Shown here: in pieces, positions 34,033 through 44,809 of the stretch
How the letters are laid out: each line of letters starts with the position of its first letter
Position numbering within the stretch: position 1 is the stretch's first letter
NCBI GenBank assembly: GCA_001687465.1
Contig: LVLI01000670.1
Span: 1 to 46,701, forward strand
DNA from: Halocafeteria seosinensis
Taxonomy: Eukaryota
Length of the DNA stretch: 46,701 nt
Reading direction: 5' to 3'
Position numbers and translations under genes: made by a program
The notes under the pieces: generated by a model
The model's input: the letters and a program-made list of their open reading frames with translations, nothing else
Databases searched by the model: none
What the model was told of the DNA's origin: nothing

Positions 34033-36561
34033 TCAGATCTCCGTCACTTCTGGAGAGCTTCGTGGCTTTATCGAAGACATTCTCCGTCCGTGTGGAGCCT
34101 TACGAAGAGACCCTGGCTTCTGTGCACAATAAATTTTCCCGAAAAAGACAGATCCTTGCCTCGGGTTAGAAGGAAGGGAGGGACTGAACTCTGTCTTGGT
34201 GTTTTCCCGCCGTAAGGCTGGCGAGACTTTCCCCGCTGCCGTACTCTTGGACGGTTCAGATGAAAACCATCCTGGCCGTTGCGTTCTCTTCGTAAACTCT
34301 AGCTGACGCACGAACGGATTCCGTTCCATTGCGTAGTTCTCCTGGGGCTTCATGGCGGCATTTCTAAGCGATAGTTCCACAAGGGGTGGCAACCCCCCAA
34401 ACAGTGCTGACTTCCACATGCGGTATCTTAGCTTAGTACGACCCAGCAAATTAAATTTTGAAGTGTCAACGTTCGTCGCCTGTGCGACGAGCACAACTCT
34501 TTGTTGCTTTTCCGGCAACTTGGGAGGTCCCGCAGAGCATGGAACAAAGGCAGTTCGCATCATGATAAACGTCTCCTTGTCAATGCACTTTACAACAGAT
34601 CCCGAAGACGATGCTGGATCTTCGATTTCCCGTGCTTCGTTCGTTTCGTTTGTACTATCAGCAGAGTTTCCGGTTTGAGGTCCAACAGCAAGTGGATTAA
34701 CTTGAGTGGATATCTGGTCCTTCACTAAGTCCGTAGCGGAGGAAACAGACCCCTTCTTTACAAATCTGAAGTTCTTTTCCGGAAGTCCAAGCATCGCAGC
34801 GTATACTTTCGCAGGATTGCCATATCTTTGGAGATCTACACGGTTTCTCCGTCTTTTATAAGTTACAACAACAATACTGATCAACAAAACTGCCAACACT
34901 GAAGGGAAAACTGCTACTGTGGCAATTTGTTGCAATGGCATAATATCAGTGCTTGCACTTGCTGTATCAACTCGGTCCTGTGGAATACTTTCAGCGGCTG
35001 AAACTGATGAGGACGCTGTTCCGGACGAAGTCGGGGACGCGGAAACAGTAGAGGTGCTGCTACGACTAGGAGTTGGGATACCCGTCAAACTGCTCGAGGG
35101 ACTCATTGAACTAGACGAAGTAACAGATGGCGTTGTAGTCTGGGTTACAGAAGATGAAGCAGAGGGAGTAGCACTTGGCGTATTGCTCATTGTAGCAGTT
35201 CCAGTGTGACTTCTAGATGGAGAGGGAGTAGGAGACAGTGTACTTGTTTCACTGACAGAGGATGAAGCAGAAGCCGTTATAGTGGAAGTGGCGCTCAGTG
35301 TAGCCGTTGATGTACTCGTTGCAGAAGCCGAAGTTGTTTTAGTTGGGGTATAAGAGGAGGAAGGGGTCTTCGTATAGGTCGGCGTTGGAGTGTAACTGGG
35401 TGTTCTTGTCTGGGTAGTTGTTGGAGTCTCAGTGCCCGTCACTGAAGGAGTGGGGGTTGTCGTAGGGGACCGGGAGCGAGTTGGAGACGCTGTTCTGCTG
35501 GGAGTTACTGTGGTACTTCTTGTAGGTGTAGAAGTTGCCGTTTGAGTGGGGGTTTCTGATGGAGTCCTTGTTCCCGTGCCTGTAGGAGTTCTTGTAGATG
35601 TTGGAGTCCTCGTGCGGGTAGGAGTCCGGGTAGACGTTGGCGATGGGGTTCTTGTTCCAGTTCCCGTGGGCGTTCTAGATGGCGAAGGAGTCCGGGTAGA
35701 GGTTGCGGAGGGGGTCCTTGTTCCACTTCGTGTCGGAGTTCTCGTGGGCGTCCTGGTAGCTGTCCGGGTGGGCGTGGCCGAGGGTAAAGTGACATACGTC
35801 CAGCGCTCGTCTAGAAGAGTTTCACCGCCTAGACCATGAGGAGCATTGCCCCCGTCGGCCCATTCCCACTTTACTTCCAAAGTTGCGCCTCCTGTGATTT
35901 CATAGAATTTGACCTGCAAGCTTTGTAGCATCTCGAGTCGAGAATTACACTTGTTGACACGTTGTTTGCAACAGAAGCATACCTCAATATCGTAGTCTTT
36001 CTTTTCGAGCCACTTTGTATTCGTCCTGGTTTGTGTACCATGCCTTCCGTTGTTATCTACGACCTGCACAGAAAGACGAGTTAGTTCGTTGCAACAGTTG
36101 AAGCACCGGAGTTCAAGCAGGCTACATATATCTACATATGGGGCGCGACTTACCTCTCCCCCATCGAGAAACAACAATGTACCATCGTCTGATGATAGAT
36201 AAAACCTATATTTTCCTTCTTTGGGTACACGGAGTATAGCTCTAAAGCGCCCGAAGAACCACTCAACAACACCGTCAGGTGCTCCCGGCCAGGCGCCATC
36301 CGAGTCCGTAAAGTCCAACTGACTGTACACACGTCTTGAACGGCTCGAATGAACAACGTGATCTTCGACAAAAAGCACATCTTGTTCATTGTCATGGACA
36401 GCAGACTGGTCGATCTTGTAAAGAAAGCCTTCCCATCCTGTTTGCCCGGAAGCCAACACACCCGACTGGCTGGTGCTCGCCAGCCAGACAGCTCCGAGCA
36501 GGAGCCAGGCGGCATATTCTATTTTGCACCTTTTGAGGCAGCCTCTTTGTTGTTTACCCAT
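34033..36561 (-). CDS. PA14-domain, Thr/Pro mucin-stalk, single-pass membrane protein, copy A (intact; in-frame introns 36064-36153, 35914-35982)
   Basis: Signal-like N-terminus; FFGRFRAILRVPKEGKYRFYLSSDDGTLLFLDG...VVDNNGRHG...VKFYEITGGATLEVKW (PA14 with DD motif); TPTRT repeats; TM VAVFPSVLAVLLISIVVVTY followed by KRRR; long cytoplasmic tail. Confidence 0.85.
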   Translation of the reverse strand: MGKQQRGCLKRCKIEYAAWLLLGAVWLASTSQSGVLASGQTGWEGFLYKIDQSAVHDNEQDVLFVEDHVVHSSRSRRVYSQLDFTDSDGAWPGAPDGVVEWFFGRFRAILRVPKEGKYRFYLSSDDGTLLFLDGGEVSRAPYVDICSLLELRCFNCCNELTRLSVQVVDNNGRHGTQTRTNTKWLEKKDYDIEVCFCCKQRVNKCNSRLEMLQSLQVKFYEITGGATLEVKWEWADGGNAPHGLGGETLLDERWTYVTLPSATPTRTATRTPTRTPTRSGTRTPSATSTRTPSPSRTPTGTGTRTPSPTSTRTPTRTRTPTSTRTPTGTGTRTPSETPTQTATSTPTRSTTVTPSRTASPTRSRSPTTTPTPSVTGTETPTTTQTRTPSYTPTPTYTKTPSSSYTPTKTTSASATSTSTATLSATSTITASASSSVSETSTLSPTPSPSRSHTGTATMSNTPSATPSASSSVTQTTTPSVTSSSSMSPSSSLTGIPTPSRSSTSTVSASPTSSGTASSSVSAAESIPQDRVDTASASTDIMPLQQIATVAVFPSVLAVLLISIVVVTYKRRRNRVDLQRYGNPAKVYAAMLGLPEKNFRFVKKGSVSSATDLVKDQISTQVNPLAVGPQTGNSADSTNETNEAREIEDPASSSGSVVKCIDKETFIMMRTAFVPCSAGPPKLPEKQQRVVLVAQATNVDTSKFNLLGRTKLRYRMWKSALFGGLPPLVELSLRNAAMKPQENYAMERNPFVRQLEFTKRTQRPGWFSSEPSKSTAAGKVSPALRRENTKTEFSPSLPSNPRQGSVFFGKIYCAQKPGSLRKAPHGRRMSSIKPRSSPEVTEI

Positions 36562-37523
36562 CCTATTCTTAGTTATTTATGCGCACACCAAATATCAACA
36601 AAAATATATCGCGGAAAGACTGTAGATGGAGACAACGGAATACTTTGTTCTTCGAATGGGGTTTCGAACCGGTCGCTGAAGCGGGTCGCAAATCCAAAGG
36701 GAAAGAAGAAGTAACATCTAACGCATAATGCGCGATTCATATAGAATTGTTTTCGTAGCGGTATTTTCTGTATATTGATGAAAACATAATTATTACAGTA
36801 GGTGGTTGGATCAGGCTACCAGCTCAGCGCTCGTGCACTTTGTTTTGCTCTTACCAGCACTGTACTACAGGTACTAGCCCCAGGCCATTTGCAAAACTAA
36901 GCCTTCTCACTGTTTCCTACTTGATTTGATTGGGTGCTTAGCACTATGTTTGCCAGGACCCCCCAAAAAAAAAATTAAAGTTAAGTAGCACGGGATTAAA
37001 TTCAATGTCTCATAATGCTTGTACATGGCACGGGTGGAATGTATGCGTACATGATACGGAAATCTTTAGAATCTTCAGTTAAGTGTCTCACCAGCACAAG
37101 GCATGACAAGTCTCGGAGCAACACGGGATTTCGTTCATGGTGCCTTGATTTTCCGGTCTCCTTCGTCGGATACATACGTTTTGAATGTACAGTTGATTGC
37201 AATCTCAGAAGAAAATCAAAATTCAGGGCCATTTGGTTAGCACGAAGTTACTCCTGCGCTAACTGCGCTTCATGCCATTTCGCTTATTGTCCTCTTCCAG
37301 TAGCTCTCCTCTTGTTGGTCCCTAACCTAGCGGAGTGATCAATTTGCTTCGCATTCCTTCATCGAATGTCCACTGCCACACGCTGCGGAAGGTAGTTCGC
37401 TGTTACAGGAGTGCAGAGCGCGCACGCAGGACAACAGGACATAAATCCACAAAGATCATTGCTCGTATCTAACGGAAGTAACGCAGTTTCATTTGCCCTA
37501 GGTCCAAGGAAGTAACTGAAAAA

Positions 37524-38433
37524 TTATATTGAAGCGTAGCTCTCTGTGGAAGTCGTAGCTAGGTTTTCAGGATGTTCCCTGTTTGACGGTCCTTCGTGGT
37601 TTCTGCGCCGATATCGTCCTTGGCTGCCCCCCCCCCCCGCGGGGGGAATATACGTCCAGCGATCGTCTAGAAGAGTTTCACCGCCACCTAGATCATGAGG
37701 AGCAGTTCCCTCGTCGGTCCATTCCCACTTTACTTCCAAAGTTGCGCGTTCGGTGATTTCATAGAACTTGACCTGCAAACGTTGTAACTAACGTTATGCA
37801 ACATCTCGAGAATTACACTTGTGGCCATTTTTTTGAAACAGAAGCATACCTCAATATCGTAGTCTTTCTTTTTGAGCCACTTTGTTTTCGTCTTGGTTTC
37901 TGTACCATGCCTTCCGTTGTTATCTACTAGCTGCACAGAAAGGCGAGTTAGTTTGTTGTACAACAGTTGAAGCACAGGAGTTGCTGTAGTATCTGGAGTA
38001 GCAGTCAAAAAGGCTACAATTGTACATATGGGGCGCAACTTACCTCTTCCCCATCGAGGAACAACAATGTACCATCGTCTGATGATAGATAAAACCTGTA
38101 AGTTCCTTCTTTTGGCACACGGAGTATAGCTCTAAAGCGCCCGAAGAACCAGTCAACAACACCGTCAGGTGCTCCCGGCCAGGAGCCACCAAAATCAGAA
38201 AAGCCAAGCTTGCTGTACACACGTCTTGAACGGCTTGATTGAATCACATTGTCTTCTACAACGAGAACATCATCTTCCATACGGTCAACCAGATCTCGAT
38301 CGATCTTGTAAAGAAAACCCTCCCATCCTGTAGCCAACACCGTCGGTCTGATGCACGCTAGCCAGACGAGCAGAAGCCAGGTGACATATTCTGTTTCGCA
38401 CTTTATTAGGCAGCCTCTTTGTTGTTTACCCAT
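37524..38433 (-). CDS. PA14-only paralog, copy B (no stalk or TM; secreted form or truncated duplicate)
   Basis: Highly similar to copy A from the 5' flank through RWTY, with the same two introns (37931-38043, 37773-37849). It then diverges at a G-rich run and stops about 40 codons later. Confidence 0.65.
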
Positions 38434-38601
38434 TCTATTCTTTCTTATTTTGTGCACACACCAGATATCAACCAAAAAATATATCGCGGAAAGACTGTAT
38501 ATAGAGACAACGGGATAATTTGTTCTTCGGTGGGGAGCCGCTGCCGCTCCGTCACTAACCTGCAGGCTGCAGGTCGCCGTGGTCGCCAGTGGGCTATTCC
38601 G

Positions 38602-38604
<3 letters not shown>

Positions 38605-38638
<34 letters not shown>
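38605..38638. repeat. (TG)17 microsatellite
   Basis: Read directly, between copies B and C. Confidence 0.95.
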
Positions 38639-38639
<1 letters not shown>

Positions 38640-38796
38640 TCGCAAGAGGAGTGGAAACGTAGTGGGCAATTCATAGAGGATCGCCTTCAAGGATTGGAGA
38701 TATATTGGGGAGTTCATTATGGGAACACTTTTGCTCCTGGCGTGGTTACCCTGATGAGCCTCAGCGTGATCCAGGTCACAGTGTCACACATACTTG

Positions 38797-41167
38797 CTAG
38801 GCTTCATCGGCAGCACCGGTAGGAACATACTCAGCGCGTCGGCCTCTCCGCAATGAGCCTCTTGTGCGTTCATGGCCAATGTGTCCGATAGATGTGTACA
38901 TTGAGCCTCGGTTGGATCCTCGAGAGAGCGAAGGAGAGAATTCTGTTCGAATGCTTCCCCGGAGTCTCCCTGAGCCACCCAGCTCAGGGAATAGCTTTTT
39001 GCCTACTTGCTCCCTGTCCTTTTTTGTAAAGTTAAGTTGATGAACATAAGGATTCACTTCCATTTGGTACACGATAGAGTTGTTCTTGGAATCAAGGTGT
39101 TCGTCGTCCACATCAGAGCGTTTCACCTCAACTAGCGGTGGTAACTCTCCCAACAATTTAGACTTCCATTCGCGATACCGTAACTTCGCACGTTCCCAAC
39201 GGTTCAGATATGTATCGTCAACGTACTCACTTTGTGCCACTAAAATCACTTGCCCATTGCCCTTTTCTCTTGTTGCTGCATTTGGGCAGTCAGGAGACAT
39301 GGGAAGAAGATGCATTGTCCCGACGTTTTTGTCTATGCAATGGACCATCATTCGACTGGTTTCCCGCACTCCTCCTCCTCCCAAATCGCCTCCACAAGTG
39401 CTAGGTGCTTTCTTCGCCAGATCCGAAGCCAGCGGGTTCATACATCCTATCATCTCCTTGTTGACAGAATCTCTGCTCAAGAACTTGAAGTTCTTTGGCG
39501 GAACACCCAAAGTTGCAGCGTATAGTGCGCTTTGGTCGACTGACTGCCTGCATTCTTTCCGATTTCTTTGTCGTTTATAAGCGACAAGAAGGAAGCAGCT
39601 TAGTAATGCTCCTAGAAATAAGACCGGAAGTAGTGTTGTAGCAACATTACGAAAGGCTGCTGAGTCTGACTTCGCCAAGCTGTCTCCGAAGTTAGAAACA
39701 ACTGGACTTGATGAGCTAGAAACGGAAGCCGAGTTAGTTGGAGTAACCGTGAAGCTGCTAGTCAAAGATGCTGACGGACTCTTTGAGGAAGAAGGTGTTG
39801 GAGACAACGTAACAGTTTTGGAACCCGTAGTAGGAGGGCTCTGTGTACTGCTACTTGTGTAGGAACAGGTGGCCGTTCCAGACGTAGACGGGGTTACGGA
39901 TACCGTTCCTGAAACTGTTCTAGTATTAGTTGGGGAGACGGATACTGTTGCTGAAACTGTTCTAGTAGGAGTTGGGGAGACTGTGGGTGTTCCAGTTAAT
40001 GAGCTGGATGCACTGGAAGTAGATGATCCAGAGCAGGTAGGTGTCAGCGTGTTCGTCGGTGAGCTAGTGGGAGTCTGAGTAGAGCTAGCTGTCCCCGTTC
40101 CTGTCGGTGTAACACTCCTTGAGACAGAGGGAGTTCGTGTCGCCGTGAAAGAAGAAGTTGGTGTCAATGTAGGGGTTGGCGAGCTAGTCTTACTGCGACT
40201 CGCAGAGGATGATAGCGTTGGACTACGTGTTGACGTTCCGGTTGGGGTATTGGTAGGACTTCTCGTGGAGCTTGAAGAAGAGGTCGGAGTACGCGTCCTA
40301 GTCGCCGTTTTCGTGGAGGTGGCTGTTGGAGTAGGGCTAGCCGAAGCAGCCTTGACGGATATCCAGCGTTTATCAAGGAGTTGGCATTGTCCAAGTCCCG
40401 ACGGGCTACTTCCCTCATCTACCCATTTCCATTCCAGGACCAGATCTGTGCCCCCTTTCCATTCATAGAACTTAACCTGCATCGAAACATGGCCAAAGTC
40501 AGGACACATCTCGTATCTTACGTTCGGACAACACATATCGCACTTCAATGGGATGTTCGCTCTGTGTGAGGGATTTTGTGCCCTGCCTAGTCTGGTGACT
40601 GTGTCTTCCATTGTTATCAACCACCTGCAGTCGGATTCTAGCTCAAATAAAGTTCGGGATCAATGTACTTATGTTGTGTTGCATAGCAAGAGATGCAATC
40701 ACAGATGCCTTTCGAGAACCGTACCTTAGTGCCATCGACATATAAGATGGAGCCATCATCCGTTTTCAGAAAAAATTGTATGTCCCTGCCTTTGGCACCT
40801 TGACAACCCCATGAAATCGGGCATAGAAGTAGCTGACTGCTCCGTCCCCGTTGCCATCTTCTGGTGCTCCCTGCCATGGATCGCGAGCATCCACTATTTT
40901 CAGCTCGTCATACACAACTTTTGATCGAGACTCTTCAATAAGATGCTCTTCGATATTAAAAATATCTTCGCTTTCGCTCCGCGATATCGAACTCGAATCG
41001 TAGCGATAGAGCTCCCCTTGCCATCCTGCTTGCACCGCTTGTGCCTCCTGGACGAACACACTTGCACATACGAAAGCTGTAATTACACCTAGCATAATGC
41101 TCGATTTCAATCCTTCATCCTGGGTACACTGTGTCCCAAAGACATTTTTATTTCCTTCGAAATTCAT
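38797..41167 (-). CDS. PA14-mucin membrane protein, copy C (one -1 frameshift at a T6 run, 40770-40775; introns 40625-40724, 40477-40543)
   Basis: GWQGELY...YFYARFHGVVKVPKAGTYNFF continues as LKTDDGSILYVDG in another frame. Exon 2 begins VVDNNGRH; exon 3 begins VKFYEWKGG and runs open through stalk, TM and tail. Confidence 0.7.
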
Positions 41168-42261
41168 TTTGGATATACCATATACAGTACATTGTAGACA
41201 TGTGTTCTGCCAAGAAGGATTGGAAAAAAGCGCGTGTTTGATGTAGATTGAGAGAGAAAGAGAACCCAGTAGATAACACCAAGTTTTCCTCGCGTCACGT
41301 ACGTGTAGTCCGCCAATCCACCAGATGAGTGTTTCTGAGCTCACCTCCTCTACAGTAGGCCTCCAAGACGCTGACCTGACAACTGTCAGCGCCGTCGCAC
41401 GGCGACCGCCTAGCCGACTCGCCGGAGGTTCGATGTTCGCAGGACGGAGAGCGACAACAAAGGGCAATCAATGCCATTATTCAATGGTGAAAACTTAACC
41501 CACTCCACGCTCTAGTCGCGTTATTCCAACCTGAATTTCTAAATCGCATTCCACCCGTACGTACAAGTGGCCATAAATAATACGATAGCTATGGCAATGT
41601 GGATGACATCCAAGTAACCTTAAGGCTTAAAATTTGGAAAATGACCCCGTTCATACACTGGTATTTGTTAAGATTTAAACCGGAATGAAGGGAAGTGCTC
41701 GTCTAAATCTAACGACTACTAGACACAAGCTTGATCTGGCTGCAGCTCGTTACTGAGGTCGTGGTTGTCATTCTAACCAGGGCGAAATTTCTTTTCGATA
41801 ACGTGGATACCCTTACTTCGGCTTTCTAGAGGAGATTCTTCGTCTGTGTGGAGTCTTACGAATGGAAACCGGGTTGCGGGCACGACTTACCTCTCCTCGG
41901 AAGGCTGATTCTTGAGCAAGACAAGGGTTGAATTCAGTTCTGAAATTGCCAAATCGCATCGCTGAGGGCACCGATGTTTGTTGTAGAAGTCGGAAGGACG
42001 AGATGGTGAATTGCTTAGGGGTTTTTGCAACAGTCAGTTGGTGGATGTGTGGATTCCTCTCCCTGGCATATTCCTCGGAATACCTTACATAGCATTGTTT
42101 GCCGATAATTTCACATAGGGTCTCCTAAAGCTTTGCTTTTCCACAAACGGGATTTTAGTTTCGTCCGGTCAAGCAAATCCATTTGGGAGAAGTCAACGTT
42201 CCGGCCTTGGGTCACAAGCACGACTCTCCGTCGATCGTTCTTTAAATCAGGGGGGTATGCT

Positions 42262-42570
42262 TATCACCCGCCAGAATTTACAATCAAAATTTACAAAAAA
42301 TGTAAAATCGTACTTCACGTAAAAATTCGGCCAAAAATAGGCTATATTTGCCGATTTTTAAAATTGGCCAATTTACATTTACATTTTTGTATTTACATTT
42401 ACATTTTTGTATGTACATTTACAATTTTTGTTTTTACAATTACATTGTATTTTCACTAATCTGGCCTATGGCCAGATTAATATTCCAAGTGCCCCTCAAT
42501 TGGAATATTCAAGCGACCCCCAATGGGCGACGTCAGACGACCTCTTGATTGTAAATTCTGGCGGGTGATA
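42262..42570. mobile_element. 309-bp non-autonomous DNA transposon (MITE) with perfect 26-bp TIRs and 6-bp TSD TATGCT
   Basis: TATCACCCGCCAGAATTTACAATCAA (42262-42287) is the exact reverse complement of 42545-42570. TATGCT occurs at 42256-42261 and 42571-42576. The interior is AT-rich. Confidence 0.92.
42371..42450. repeat. Tandem repeat inside the MITE (ATTTACATTTACATTTTTGT twice plus degenerate copies)
   Basis: Read directly. The TTTACA core also occurs in the TIR. Confidence 0.85.
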
Positions 42571-43601
42571 TATGCTGTGCAGGGGCTACGGTAGCCTGCA
42601 TTCTAATGGTCGCTTCTCTATCCATACACTTTACCATCACGGACTGCTCAGATTCAAAACATTTGGTTCCCTGTACTGCCTTCCTGTCGTCTAAGCTATC
42701 TAACGGTGTGTTTTGCTTCGTTCCAGCAGTGAGAGGGTTGACTTGACTTCTGGTTCTGTACTAACTCTGTGGCGGAAGCAGCAGAGTTTTGGTTCACGAA
42801 TTGAAAGTTCCCTTCTGGTAGTCCCAGACTCACAGCGTATGCTGTGGAAGGATTGCTGCAGCTCATGATTTCCCTGAGGGTTTTCCGTCGTTTATAAATA
42901 ATCAGGACAGACACCGAGTAACATTACCAGAGCTGGAAATGTTGCCTTCGTGACTTGCTGGAATGGTGCAGTACCTGATTCAGCTATCCCTGTATCAGCA
43001 CTATCTTGTATAACACTGGTAGTGGTAGAAGCCGACGTCGAGGAAGATGATGTCGACGTAGTCGTCCGTGACATGTTTACGCTAGATGAGCTCGTCGGAC
43101 TAGCCGTTGGTGTCATTGAGACTGTGGCGGTTCCTGTGATTGCCATGGATGTACTGGGCGTTGGACTATTTGAAGCCGTCATGGTAGCGCTGCTGGGACT
43201 GAAGCAAGTGACCGAAGGTGTAACAGTTTCGGTAAGAGAAGAGGATATAGAGGGTGTGGAGCTCCTCAAAGCCGTTCCTGTTGCGGTGAAACTCCTGGAC
43301 GGTATAGGAAACTTTGTTGCAGACTCAGAAGGAGTAATCGATTGTGTATATGTGCAACTTGGGGTGCTTGTATTGGTCCGTGTGAAGGCTTGCGTTCCAG
43401 TTACCGCAATCTTACCTTTTGGGTAGCTTAGCAATGTCTATGCAACTTGCGCAGTGCTTGTCAGTAAGCAACCTGGTGTAGACGCTGAAAGCCACTGAGA
43501 CCAAGCGCTCTCCTGGTTAACTCCGTTGGGTAGTTCATGCAGTTAAGGATGTTCTTGTCAAAGTCTAGAGCTTTCCTTCTTTGCTACACACCGATTCCAC
43601 T

Positions 43602-44809
43602 CTAAACAGCTTTATCCTGTATCCACATCTGCGCGTCACCAGCTGCCGGGGCGGCACCTGCGTCTGTGACGGCTGCTTCCGCGCGATCTTGTATAACACT
43701 GGAAGTGACAGAAGCTGACATCGAGGCAGAGGATGTCGGAGTAGTGGTTAGCGATACGGTTACGGTAGAGGAGCTCGTTAGGCTAGCCGTTGCAGTTCCC
43801 GTTACCGATGTAGATATACTGGGCGTTGGGCTATTTGAAACAGTCGTTGTAGCACTGCTGGAACCGGAACAAGTTACTGATGCTGTAACCGTTTCGGTAA
43901 GAGAGGGGGACATAGAGGGTGTGGCGCTCCGCGTAGCCGTCCCTGTTGGAGTGGAACTCCTAGACGATGATGCTGTTACGGATATAGAAGGGGTATTGGT
44001 ATGAGTTGGCGTCCCTGTTGAAGTGGAACTCCTGGACGATGTAGGAGATACTGTTACCGATATAGAAGGGGTATTCGTCTGAGTTGGAGTAGACGTGTGA
44101 CTGGGACTGTTTGTACTGGTTAGTGTAGGCGTTTGGGTTCCAGTCATCGAGGCCGTAGGAGGAGTTCTTGTGGATGATTCGGAGTGGGTTGGTGAGGCTG
44201 TGATACTTGCTGTTGCCGTAGAAGTCCTCGTTTGGGTCTGTGTGGGGCTTCTAGTTGACGAAGGTGTCGTTGTTCCGGAAGAAGTGGGCGATGAGGTTGG
44301 TGAAGGAATCTGAAGGCGCACCCAGCGTTTATCCACCAACTGTTTCTCCGATAAAGTCCCAGGAGAGGTTCCTTCATCGAACCACTTCCATGATAGCTTT
44401 AACTTAGTATACGTGGGTCCTTGGTAGTATTTAACCTGCCAATTGAGGAATCCAGTTTAGCAACGAGATGCGCTTACACATGGATATGTATGGGATAGTG
44501 CATTGCCAACGTACCATGATGGGGTGTATCCCTTCCAAAAGCAATTTACTCTCCTTCTTGATTTTCGCACCGTGTATTCCATCGTTTTCAATCAGCTGCA
44601 AGACAGAAATGCAAATAGCGACTTGTCCAAACATCTGGTGTCGCTTCGAAGAAGCTTACGAGTTCGTCTTTGATGAACAATTGACTTCCGTCGTCGGATT
44701 CCAAATAAAATTTGTACTTTCCACGTTTGGGGAGTTTTAAAAAACCTTCAAATCGAGCAAAAAAATCCTCGTATACCTTATCACCATTTTCGTCCCTCGG
44801 TGCTGCCAC
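43602..44809 (-). pseudogene. PA14-mucin family copy D, truncated at both ends (partial PA14 plus stalk)
   Basis: FFARFEGFLKLPKRGKYKFYLESDDGSQLFI / LIENDGIHG / VKYYQGPTYTKLKLSWKW with the two conserved introns. No signal-peptide exon region is visible upstream, and the frame breaks just before the TM. Confidence 0.7.

Larger units (their letters stand above)
41813..43434 (-). pseudogene. Decayed PA14-mucin family copy E (stalk, TM and cytoplasmic tail; several frameshifts, MITE insertion)
   Basis: Fragments YAVSLGLPEGNFQFV, VKCMDRE, RRVVLVTQ, RTKLKSRLWKSK, ERNPHIHQL and RTEFNP are colinear with the copy A tail but lie in shifting frames. Confidence 0.8.

Noticed and set aside
34919..35839. 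Val/Gly-rich plus-strand ORFs (also 39869-40468, 42950-43426, 43666-44004)
   Set aside because: They are antisense shadows of the Thr/Pro/Ser stalk codons.
42133..42459. Hydrophobic ORF overlapping the MITE
   Set aside because: It is a by-product of the AT-rich TTTACA repeats, with no transposase features.
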